Assembly: GCA_008369845.1 (NCBI GenBank)
Contig: MRSU01010922.1
Location: forward strand, 1-33,598
Direction of reading: 5' to 3'
Length of the DNA: 33,598 nt
From: Trichomonas gallinae
Lineage: Eukaryota
A model generated the notes under the pieces. That model ran no database searches. It was given only the letters and a program-made list of their open reading frames with translations, and had not been told where the DNA came from. Shown one piece after another: positions 9,493 through 19,700 of the stretch. The first letter of the stretch is position 1, and each line of letters opens with the position of its first letter. The position numbers and the translations under genes are program-made.

Positions 9493-10221
9493 ATGTTTAG
9501 CGATTTTCTTGCAAAAGCGGAAATTGCTGATGTCAGGAAGCTGGCATTCGATTTATGTGACGCAAATCTCTTCGAATATGCCAAAAATTGCTTAATGCGT
9601 TTATGCGAGAATGATAATGATTTAACAATCGATGATGTTAACGCAATCAGCCGAATTTGCAAGGGAAAAATGGATGAATACAGAAAAGCATGGAAAAGCA
9701 TATATCTTACAGAACAAAAAGAAAGAGGTAAAGGTCGTGATGACAGATCTACACCATTACTCGATTATAGGAAATCAATCGAAAGCAATATACAGAGTTT
9801 CTCGAAAGAAATCATTGACATGATCCAAAAGTCACTTATTAACAGAACAACAGATACATCCATTCGTGGCTTGCTTTACAGAATGATTGGCGATTACTGG
9901 AGATATTTAGCTGAAATTCAGCGTGGTTATGAGCGGAGAGAGTCAACTAGTAAAGCTAATGCTGCATATCAAGAAGCTGAAGACTTAATTGTGGCTTGCT
10001 GTGGTCCAGCAGCTGCTATAAGACTGTCTCTTATGCTCAATATGGCTATATTCAGATTTGAGATTTATTCTGAGCCAGATGAAGCCTTAAAGATTGCTCA
10101 AAAGGCTTATAATGAAGGAATTGCATCTGTTGATTCATTACACGATGAACAATATACAGATTCAATTCTTTTATTACAAATGTTGCACAGAACAATTGTT
10201 TCATGGCAACAAAACAAGTAA
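9493..10221 (+). CDS. 14-3-3 family protein (divergent)
   Basis: YRKAWKSI, YRMIGDYWRYLAE, IRLSLMLNMAIFRFEI, IAQKAYNEGI and YTDSILLLQML match 14-3-3 helices. Confidence 0.92.
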   Translation: MFSDFLAKAEIADVRKLAFDLCDANLFEYAKNCLMRLCENDNDLTIDDVNAISRICKGKMDEYRKAWKSIYLTEQKERGKGRDDRSTPLLDYRKSIESNIQSFSKEIIDMIQKSLINRTTDTSIRGLLYRMIGDYWRYLAEIQRGYERRESTSKANAAYQEAEDLIVACCGPAAAIRLSLMLNMAIFRFEIYSEPDEALKIAQKAYNEGIASVDSLHDEQYTDSILLLQMLHRTIVSWQQNK

Positions 10222-10386
10222 TTAGCCTAATTTATCCATCACTTCACATTATTACTTACTTTTTTTTCGTAAATTTTTTGTATGTTTTTTATATATCTCA
10301 GATTTTCAACGCAATATGTTTAATATCTTGATAAAAATACTAATTGTATGTTGCATTTTTAGTTGTTTTGTGCTTTTTTTAGAATT

Positions 10387-10734
10387 TTAATTCGAATTGT
10401 GATTATTGCGTGAGGTTATTATTGCTGCATTAATATATTGCTGCAATCTTTCTGCTTTTTCATATTTTGATCCCAGCACACTAAGATTCAATGAAGCGAG
10501 CGCAATTTGTAATTCTATTTCATTTAGTTCATCAATGCTCTTTGAAGTCAATAGAGAACCGTACTTCATCATCTTTCCAACAGCTTCAGCCCTCTTTTGC
10601 TCTTTTCTCACTTTCATTATCCTGAAAAGGATATCATCATTATCATCTGTAACTTCAACACAGTCCTTATCACTGGGATTGCAGTACCTGTAGAGCACAA
10701 CATCCCCAAATTCCTCGAATTTCCATCCATTCAT
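10387..10734 (-). CDS. Small protein with a putative C-terminal SAP domain
   Basis: 115 aa. IDELNEIELQIALASLNLSVLGSKYEKAERLQQY fits the SAP pattern (L.v.EL...L....L...G.K.....RL). Stop sits in TAAA. Confidence 0.6.
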   Translation of the reverse strand: MNGWKFEEFGDVVLYRYCNPSDKDCVEVTDDNDDILFRIMKVRKEQKRAEAVGKMMKYGSLLTSKSIDELNEIELQIALASLNLSVLGSKYEKAERLQQYINAAIITSRNNHNSN

Positions 10735-10807
10735 TTAGTTTTGATGCATCACTCAGCACATCAAACAGAGTTGTTCAATTAAATAAAAAGTGACAAACAG
10801 CCAATCA

Positions 10808-11041
10808 ATGTCTTCTACCGAAGATGCAATGACTTCATTCCTCCAATCAACTCTTCAAAAGCCCGTACACGTTATTCTCTCGACAGGCTCTCAATTTATC
10901 GGAACATTATGCACAATCGACGCTTTATTCAACCTTGTTCTGAGAAATGCAGTTGAAATGACTAACGGACACGAAGTTGCAAAATATCAGAGTATTTTCA
11001 TCCGTGGAAATAGAGTTATTCATGTAGCAACAGCCGAATAA
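10808..11041 (+). CDS. Sm/LSm protein, LSm6/SmF-like
   Basis: Sm1 (KPVHVILSTGSQFIGTLCTIDALFNLVL) and Sm2 (YQSIFIRGNRV) motifs. First ATG is at 10808. Confidence 0.9.
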   Translation: MSSTEDAMTSFLQSTLQKPVHVILSTGSQFIGTLCTIDALFNLVLRNAVEMTNGHEVAKYQSIFIRGNRVIHVATAE

Positions 11042-11199
11042 AATATAATTGTAAGCTTAAATAAATCGTTTTGAGATAAATACGAACTAAAGAAACTGTT
11101 AAAATTTAGTACTGAGAACTAATTTCATAGTCAAAATTTTTTACTACCTGGAAATATTTTTTTCAAAATTATTTTTTACAAACACACCAAAATTTTTGT

Positions 11200-11640
11200 T
11201 TGTTTTCTTTATATAGGAGCCAGATATGAGATTTTCCATATTCATCTGAGTTGAATTTTGATTTCCAAATTATATTACATTCATTAATTTTTTTGTATTA
11301 TCTGCTTTAATAGGTTGTATATATGCGATTAATTTTATTCATTTGAGTTGAATTTGTATTTTTTAAAATTGTTAATGGAAATATATGAAAATTTTAGTAT
11401 TTCCTGCTTATATAGGTAGTATATATATGATATTTTCTTTATTTAGCTAGGTTGATATTATATTTATCAAAATTGAAAATGGAAATATACAAAATGTTTT
11501 GCATTCTATAACTATATAGGCTGCATGAATACCATTTTCTTTATTAAGTAAAGTTGATTTTCAAAATATCCATTTTGATAAGGCAAATATATGAAAATTT
11601 TTGTATTTTCTAATTATATAGGATCTAAATATGTGATTCT
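11200..11640. repeat. Degenerate tandem repeat, ~4.5 copies of ~100 bp
   Basis: ATAGG anchors at 11213, 11310, 11412, 11516 and 11618 (spacing 97, 102, 104, 102). ATTCATYTGAGTTGAATTT at 11240 and 11337; AAATATATGAAAATTTT at 11379 and 11585. Confidence 0.85.
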
Positions 11641-11697
11641 TATAATAAAATCAAGTTGATCCCCTTTTTATATTTTTCAGCCCCTGATTTTCAAATA

Positions 11698-14600
11698 ATG
11701 CAAAATAAAACAAATGAACTTATCTCGAGTCCTTCAGTTAAATTTGTCTGCCTGAAGTCAAAAAAGAACTATTTAATAGTCAAGGCACCGGAAGATGACA
11801 AGTATAGACTGATAAAATTCGATCCTTATAATGGAACTCCTTGTTATCTTGGTATTTTCGGTAAAGACATATTCAACACTGAAGATGATGCCATGGAATA
11901 CATAACCAAGGGTGAACAAGTCGAGCAGACTGTTCAGGGACACGTTGTGATCGGATTGTTTTCCCTGGAGAAGTTTGGACTCTTAATCATGGTTAAATCA
12001 GCAGACCCAGTATACCAGTACTTGCAGAAACACACATTTTACAAAATCAAAGAAGTTGAAATTGTCGGATTTTCATTACTCTGTGGAGAAACGAATCCTG
12101 ACAATAATTATGAAAAAATTAAATCATATCCATTCACATTTAACCACTACTACTGTCCTACGTTCGATATTTCGAAGCCTTTTTCAGGATTATCTGATTT
12201 TTCTGCAGCAATGAATTCAAACATTTCTATACCATTCGACAACCTCAATATTCCGAATTTATGTCCGAAAGTCATCCACGGCAAAATGATTATTGATCAT
12301 GTTGAAGAATTTGGCGCTGACATGCTTTTGATAGCAAGAAAATTCGCTTCTAATCGTAAGAAAGACAGGGGACTTGATAATTCAGGAAATCCGTGCTTAG
12401 ATTATTTATTAGAATTTGCATTCGTTCAACCAAGAGAAAATGGATATATTACTAAGTCTGAAATAATGTGTATAGGCGATATTCCGCTTGGACCAGATGG
12501 AAAAACCGACGAATTTCAAGATAAAGACATTGCCAAAACATATTTCGAAAAACTCGCTAATATTACAGGATTAAACAACTTCGTCAATGTGGTGCTATTC
12601 AATGAAGCAAAGAATGCAACAGTAGCGAAAGTAATGAACAGATTACAAGCAGCTGTAAATTCATCTGAAGAAGATAAGCTGAAATTTACGTTAATTAAGT
12701 CCAAATTCTCATTATCAATGGAGAGGCTTGACGCTGTTCCAGGTATTATCGACTTATTCTACTCCGTTACTGATTCGAAATATGAATCTTTCAGATATTC
12801 CAAAGTTTTCGAAAACAAATGCAGCAGGGTTGTTGAGGCCCAGCAATACGGCACATTTAGAATTGGTTTCCTTGATTCTCTCGAAGAAGAATTATTTGCC
12901 ATCTTTTCTCTTTTGCTTAAACTGCCGAAGATGATCCATATATCCAATACTCAGATCCAGCGCTTCGCAGATACCAACAAATTACCGCCAAAATACTTAG
13001 TTGGCTGCGCAAAATTCGTAATCGAGTTAGGTTTGTCAATGCGTGCATTTGGCAACGTCAGTGTTGGCCCAATCAAGAAACTTATCACTCAGTTTGCAAA
13101 TTATAATGAAAAATCGCCAAGATCTCCAACTTTCGAAAATATTATTGATTCATTCTTAATATTAACAACAACACCCCCGCTCAACTACGAATGCGTGACA
13201 TTGCAGTCAAATGCAGCAGTTGTTGAGCCACAAAATGTTGGAAATTCCTTACTTAGACAATCTTTCAAACCAATTACTGTTCCAATTGATATCCCACTGA
13301 TAATTATGCTCTCAAAACCAATATATCTCACTCAAATTGTGCTTTATTTCACAGATCAGCCAAATCTCGCAACTCCACCATCAATGGCTCACGTTAAGGC
13401 CGGCTTATACATAAACAGGCTCATAGACATAACAGAGAATATAGCAATTCCTGTCACCCACGAAAAAGGATACATTATTACTATCGATCTTCGTCCATCA
13501 AAGTCATACGACCCATTCTACAGAGTCCACGACGTGGAAGCAGTCAGATTCGTCGCCATAGACTTCATGAGCCCTGTTTCTCACGCGACAATCAGCGGTG
13601 TTGGAGTTTTCGGAACTTCAAAGCCTCCAATTCCTTATCCATTCGAAAACGCTCATCCACGAACGACAGAAGACCGCCGCCGCGTTGTTCTCCTCGACGT
13701 CAAGAAGGCGACAAGGGCCGAAGACATCATTCCTTTCGCCATTCAATACGAAATCACGAGAGTCACAGGCATGCACACGGTTGGCGAGGCAATCACGAAG
13801 CTCGTCACACTCGACATACACCCAGATGTCTACGACATGGCTAAGCTCAGCATTCTTAAGCCTCCGAGTGGTTCTGCGCAAAAGAAGAAGAACTGCAAGA
13901 CGTGTAATAACGAGAGAATCTGCTATTTGTGCTGGTTCTGCGGCGATTATTTCTGCGCTGACCATTCTACAATATACAAAGACGCCAGATTGTGCAGGGT
14001 CTGCCAGTCGCAAATAAAGCAGCTCGATCAAAGCGCAGAGATATTAACTGGACAGAAAATACAGTCATATTTAGATAACAATCCATACATCAAATCACAC
14101 AAAAAGAAACTCGATTATTTGTCTCATTTCAAGCGTTCTAATATTAAATCAATAGGAATCTATCCATTCTGCACTGTCATGAACGAGCAGCCTAAAGGCG
14201 AGCACAAGATTCCATTCGACGCTGTTTTCTGTGACTCAGATGTATTATACAAACCGAACTTAAACATGATGCACGTGCAGCTTGCTCTCGAGTCATTCTG
14301 CAATATTACAGGAATAGAAGTTGTTTGCGACGAGCCTCTCTCTATAACAATCAACAACACAGACACATTGCTTCATTTCGCGCCGCCGAGTTCTTTCCAG
14401 AAATGCACAGTTAACGCGAGATTCTTGGAGTTAGTTATCATGTCAGAAAGCATCGCGATTAGGAGAATAAGAATCATCGGCCAGCCAATCAAGAATACTG
14501 TAGAAGTCAGGAACCCTGTCGCCAATCTTCCTAAGCCGTTCGTCATCAGCAACTGCAGCGTGGACCTCGTCGAGAAGAACTTGATTCATGTCATCAATTT

Positions 14601-14874
14601 CGAGAAACCAACAACAGTCTCTGGATTCAGGTTCTTCAAGACTTGGAAGAACTTGAAGGCTGTTATTTTCGAGATAAGGATACCGAACAAGCCGCCAAGA
14701 TACATACAGAGGTTCTGCTGCAACGGAAACTTGAAAGAAGCAGATCTGATTTTCAATTCTCGCGCAAAGGCGACACAAATCAAGATTTACTACGTTTCCT
14801 TATCAGACAAAGATATTCAGGCTGTTGTAGAGAATTTGCCGCCAATTCCAATTGATTTCAAATCCGGAAAATAA
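11698..14874 (+). CDS. SAC9-like phosphoinositide phosphatase homolog, probably catalytically dead, with a Cys/His zinc-finger segment
   Basis: N-terminal DPYNG..YLGIFGKDIFNTEDDAMEYITKG, HYYCPTFDISKPF and the later PSMAHVKAGLYINRL..ENIAIP resemble plant SAC9. The catalytic site reads RIGFLDSLEEE. CxxC/CxxH cluster near 13894-14004. First ATG is at 11698. Confidence 0.75.
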   Translation: MQNKTNELISSPSVKFVCLKSKKNYLIVKAPEDDKYRLIKFDPYNGTPCYLGIFGKDIFNTEDDAMEYITKGEQVEQTVQGHVVIGLFSLEKFGLLIMVKSADPVYQYLQKHTFYKIKEVEIVGFSLLCGETNPDNNYEKIKSYPFTFNHYYCPTFDISKPFSGLSDFSAAMNSNISIPFDNLNIPNLCPKVIHGKMIIDHVEEFGADMLLIARKFASNRKKDRGLDNSGNPCLDYLLEFAFVQPRENGYITKSEIMCIGDIPLGPDGKTDEFQDKDIAKTYFEKLANITGLNNFVNVVLFNEAKNATVAKVMNRLQAAVNSSEEDKLKFTLIKSKFSLSMERLDAVPGIIDLFYSVTDSKYESFRYSKVFENKCSRVVEAQQYGTFRIGFLDSLEEELFAIFSLLLKLPKMIHISNTQIQRFADTNKLPPKYLVGCAKFVIELGLSMRAFGNVSVGPIKKLITQFANYNEKSPRSPTFENIIDSFLILTTTPPLNYECVTLQSNAAVVEPQNVGNSLLRQSFKPITVPIDIPLIIMLSKPIYLTQIVLYFTDQPNLATPPSMAHVKAGLYINRLIDITENIAIPVTHEKGYIITIDLRPSKSYDPFYRVHDVEAVRFVAIDFMSPVSHATISGVGVFGTSKPPIPYPFENAHPRTTEDRRRVVLLDVKKATRAEDIIPFAIQYEITRVTGMHTVGEAITKLVTLDIHPDVYDMAKLSILKPPSGSAQKKKNCKTCNNERICYLCWFCGDYFCADHSTIYKDARLCRVCQSQIKQLDQSAEILTGQKIQSYLDNNPYIKSHKKKLDYLSHFKRSNIKSIGIYPFCTVMNEQPKGEHKIPFDAVFCDSDVLYKPNLNMMHVQLALESFCNITGIEVVCDEPLSITINNTDTLLHFAPPSSFQKCTVNARFLELVIMSESIAIRRIRIIGQPIKNTVEVRNPVANLPKPFVISNCSVDLVEKNLIHVINFEKPTTVSGFRFFKTWKNLKAVIFEIRIPNKPPRYIQRFCCNGNLKEADLIFNSRAKATQIKIYYVSLSDKDIQAVVENLPPIPIDFKSGK

Positions 14875-15325
14875 ATTGTTTTAAAACTTGTGTTTTTTTA
14901 TGATTAAATACCCTTTTTATAGTGTTAAAAAATCTCGTTTATTCTTATTTTACAAGATTTTGAAAATATTTTGAAAATTTAATATTCTCATCAATATTGT
15001 CTCAACACATTGAAAAACGTTATATATACAAAAGTATATGCATATTATATTGTTTATAAGTTTCTATTAAAATATGTAAAATTTGTTTAAATAATACAAC
15101 TATTTACTGTTATTTAACTGTGTAGAGATATCTAAATTGTTTATATGAATAATATACTATAGATAATAACAGTTAAATACAAAGATAAAATGAAAATATA
15201 TCAAAAATATTTAAATAATGAAAATTTTGGGAGATTTTTAATGTAAAAAGTGATTTAAACAGTGTGTAGATGCCTGTTTTCGCTAAATTATAATTGATGT
15301 CGTTTAAAAAAAATTTAAAAAATCG

Positions 15326-15913
15326 ATGAATCTCGGCCCCAAAGAGGCGAATCTCTTAAGGGAGGATTCATCTGATTTGTTTAATCCCAGCACAGAACAG
15401 AGGATATCTCATGATCCAATAATATCCAAACCAAATATAATTGCCGAAAACATTTCGGAAAATACAACAGATCATAATATGCTTGACGAGAAAATGTATA
15501 TGAATATCACAAGCAGTCCACGAAAACGGTTGATTACTTCTCCGAAAACAAAGCCAAATACTGCAATCTCGAATTCAAGCCAAATTAACTTAACTCAGAT
15601 GATAGAGAGCGGGAATAACTTACTAAAATCGATTATACTGACGCTTTCAGATGAAGCAGCCTACGAAATGAGCGATTGGGGCGATGAAGATGCGATGAAG
15701 CAGGAAGACATCGACCAAGACTGCAGCGAATATGATGGCAAACCAATACCATCGTGGGCGCAAAAAGAATCACTTAAAGAAGCGATTGATCATCAAAATC
15801 AATCAGAAGGAGACAAACTATTTGCTTCACTCCCAAGGAGATGTAATTTGGAGGCTGTGTTTGGAACAAAGTCTATCCCTTATTACATGAAGCAATGTGT
15901 CACACATAAATAG
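15326..15913 (+). CDS. Short INCENP IN-box (Aurora-binding) domain protein
   Basis: Acidic stretch followed by KPIPSWAQKESLKEAIDHQ...DKLF...CNLEAVFG, matching the INCENP ARK-binding pattern; N-terminus low-complexity. Confidence 0.75.
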   Translation: MNLGPKEANLLREDSSDLFNPSTEQRISHDPIISKPNIIAENISENTTDHNMLDEKMYMNITSSPRKRLITSPKTKPNTAISNSSQINLTQMIESGNNLLKSIILTLSDEAAYEMSDWGDEDAMKQEDIDQDCSEYDGKPIPSWAQKESLKEAIDHQNQSEGDKLFASLPRRCNLEAVFGTKSIPYYMKQCVTHK

Positions 15914-16741
15914 ATGTTTGTATTTTATTTTCTAAATATTTTGTGTATATGACAGTATTTTTATCATGTTTAGGAGGTGAAGTATCATATTGCTAAATGA
16001 CATTATCTATTTTCATCATATTTATCTAAATATCTTTGAATTAGATTAATTTTGCTACTTATAATATGATTTATCATATGCACAACCATAGTTTCACTTT
16101 TTACCATATAACTATATTATTATATAATTATCACATTTTGAAATTTAATTCTTTTCACTAGATTAAGAAATATGCGAGTAGATCAATATTATATGATAGA
16201 ATTGTTTCCATTTTGCAATTACATGTTACAAATTGAAATTGAAATTGAATCATTGCTTGAGCCTAAACAATAAAATTATAGTGTCTAACACTAGTGTAAC
16301 ACGTTGATATTTGCAACATTATCACGAGTAAACTTCTAGAAATATTACAAACTCAAGATATGTTTAATATTGTAATGAATTCATCTCTTTTCCATATCTA
16401 ACAAACTATTGTATCTTTAGCACAAAGAAGATGAGAGAAATTGAAGACTCCAACATCAAACTTCAAATGGTAAGCAAAAACGCATAGAAAAATTCATCAA
16501 ATTCTTGTGATATTCATGACGGAAAAACTACATTAATATTTGCTTCATTGAATGATCGCCGAAATTTGAAATCGTACAGTTCGGTTTTTTGTGATTAATT
16601 CGAATATCGGTGCAGTTCTATATTATGGGAGATGATCAAATATTATAATAATGCTTCTATTTTAGAATAAATTTGTCATGAATAAATTCATATTTTATTA
16701 CTCAACAAACGACAGTTTAAATCAAAAATCAAAAAATTAGT

Positions 16742-19700
16742 TCATCCATGTTTTGAATTCTTCTTGCTTTGTGCTTCTGTTTCATCGGAGAGTTGTTTGA
16801 ATATATATCTTGTGCACTTCTCAGCATTAGGAAGATTTTGGATCAAAGAAATAACTTTTGGAGCTGACAGAAGGAAAGCTTCAGGACCGGAAATGGACGG
16901 GATTCTTCCTTTCTCGCATTTAGTTGATGCAATAGCTTTCATTGCCTGACTCCAAGGTGCTGTTGGTGTTGCTCCACTGAATACCTCTGATGGATTGTCT
17001 TCTTGGTAGACTTTGAATACAGGCGAATCAGCGCCGGTGTCAACAATCTCAGAGATCCACCTGACTCTGTGTTCAGGATCTGTCAACGATGGAGCGAGTT
17101 TGCATGACTTGTAGCCAGCAGGATAAATGTATCTGTCAGAGTGGAAAGCAGGCCTGTCATAAATTACGGTGCCGATATTAAGAACTTGTGCGGACTCTGT
17201 GATATTTATAGGGAAAGTTGTTTCCGGTTTCTGCTTTGACTTGAGCGCATCTTCGATCTTGGAGTAGAACCAGTGGATCTTGTTGATGCGGCGAACGACG
17301 AAACTCTTCTGCAAAATAACAGGATTGATTTTATCAGTGAAAATCGTTGGGAACTTTTCTTTAAATATTCTCTCTTGTTCTCCGAAACCTTCGACTTCGA
17401 GCATCTTAAAGAACTCAAGCTCATGCATGCTAGTCCACTCTTGAGGCAGCTCATCCCATCTTGGGATCTTGTTGAACAGCTGCTCGCATATCTGAGTGTG
17501 AAGGATCTCGCGCAAGTTGGACATAGCAATAACAGAGCTCGACGTTGCAATTGCGAGTTTTTGGTTTTCAGTGGAACTCAAGCATTTCAAGACAAATGCT
17601 TCAACTTCTTCATCTGTCCTTGATATTCCAGCCTTATTGCCAAGCTCTCCATATTGGCGGGCTCCTGTTTCATCGCAAGGAATACCGTACTTCAGCAGAG
17701 TCTTCACGATTGCGCGCTTTTCGTCTTCAGTCCAATCCTCGAAGCCTTTGATTTGGCCTATTTCGATATCAGGCTTTGAGTCGATGATCAGCTTCTTGAT
17801 TGTTGCGGCTAAACAGAAGACGCGCTTGATCAACAAGCCATCGTATTGATGCGTTTTTCTGCCGGCCTTGAATATATTTCTCAGCTCTTTCTTCTCATCG
17901 ATCGGAAAACTATCGAACATGTTGATGCCGTATTTGTCGACACCGTAGAGAAGCATCCTGTCGTAGCTTTCCGTCCACTCTTCGCAAGGAAGAGGGAGAT
18001 TAATCTGCGGAATAAAGACTTCATCGAGAGATTTGCCCATTATATACGAATGAATGTAATTCGATGACTCCAAACTTGCTGCGATTGTGCTTGAAAGCCT
18101 GCTGATTGTCGAGAAGAAGGCTTGCGAGACAAATGCACCGCTCTCTATGTCAACTTCATTCGGCTTGCAAGCATTGTCGATGAAAAGCGGAAGCGAGAAA
18201 GAACTTTTTTCTGACTTTAATCTCAAAATCAAACTCGAGCAGAGTTTCTCAATTGTTTCATCGCTGAAATTCAACCCGCAGACTTCTCTGCCGAGGTGCC
18301 AGCATCCCCACGAGAAGCACGAAACAGTCTTGACAATTGCGTTTCTTTCGTGCACAGTGAACTGGTATCCGTTGTCGAACTCTTTAACAGGAACTCTCAC
18401 AATTTCATCCTTCGACAAATCGATTTTATCCCAGAAGTTTTCTGTTTGCACTTCGTAGTCTATTGATGATTTCCTCATCTTCTTGAATGGCTCACCTAGC
18501 TTGAACTCTATAGCATTGTTAAACGCGTCTTCAGGAGTTTGCGGCTCTGATTCGGAAAATGCTTCAACGGCAGCTCTTCGCGTAATATAATCAGACAATT
18601 TCATCTTAGTCGGCTTCTTGAGCATCGATTTATAGTTGGCAATAAGATATAGAGTCTTTCCTTCTAAATTGCTGCAAGCCTTGATGTGCTCTGTCCACAT
18701 CTCTATGAATTCTGTCGAGCTCTCAAGCAAAACAATTGTATCGTAGTTTTCAATTGACGGCAAAAATGACATAATCGAATTCGCGTGCAAGAATGTTGAC
18801 ACATCCTGCTTTGACGCGTCATCGTATTTAAACTTGATGCCGAGTTCCCCGAAGAAGTCGATCAAAAGATAGTATTCCGATATCATGTTTGTCGAGATGA
18901 GCGTTTTCTTGCCGCCCGCGAGCGCGTTTTCGACGATTTTGCGGACGACAGACAAAGAAGAACTCGCGAGCATGAAATCAGGAAATCCCAAGTCATATTC
19001 CATCCTATGGACGAGGAAAGGATGCACTAAGTTACGCTCTAATGCATATGATACGCAGCAGAACTTTCCGCTCTTGATTTGGTCTATAAATCTTGAAAGA
19101 ATGATTTTTGTCGCGTGGCGTTGAACATTAGACATTGGCGAAAAGATTGCGTAGCATTTTATTGTGTTTTCTGATTCTGCTGATGCGCCTCTGTCGGCAT
19201 TTCCTATGATCTTCCTAACCAAGGCTTCTTTGTCTGAGTCTATTAAGTTCCTGCTTTCAAGAGCTTGGAAACATTTAATTATGCTTTTAGAAATTAAAGA
19301 ATTTGATTCTATTGACTCTTTAAGATTGACTGCCATATATGATGATAACTGGCTTGCGTATTTTTCTGTAAATTGCGAGATTGGTTTGTGATAAAAAATT
19401 GTGCACCAATTTATTGAATTAAAGAACTCAAATTCGAGTGGTAATATTCTTTGTGTCGTAATGATAATGTGGCATGGCAAAACCTTAGTATTTGAAAATT
19501 CAATTTGTAAAATTCTTTCTCTTTCCATTGGCGAGCCTTCAAAGCAAATTGTCGTGATATTTTCCAATTTACTCAAAATAGAATACCATTTTTCTATGTT
19601 TGCAGCATCTGTTACGATTAGATGTGGACCAATAATTTGATGCTCGTTAAATATATAGTTAAGGAACCAAATGGTAGGTCTTATTGCATCAAAAGCTATG

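Noticed and set aside
15101..15179. 11-bp inverted repeat TATTTAACTGT/ACAGTTAAATA
   Set aside because: Very AT-rich, no target-site duplication or other support for a MITE; plausible by chance.
16280..16305. Short palindromes around aacactagtgt
   Set aside because: Too short to be significant.
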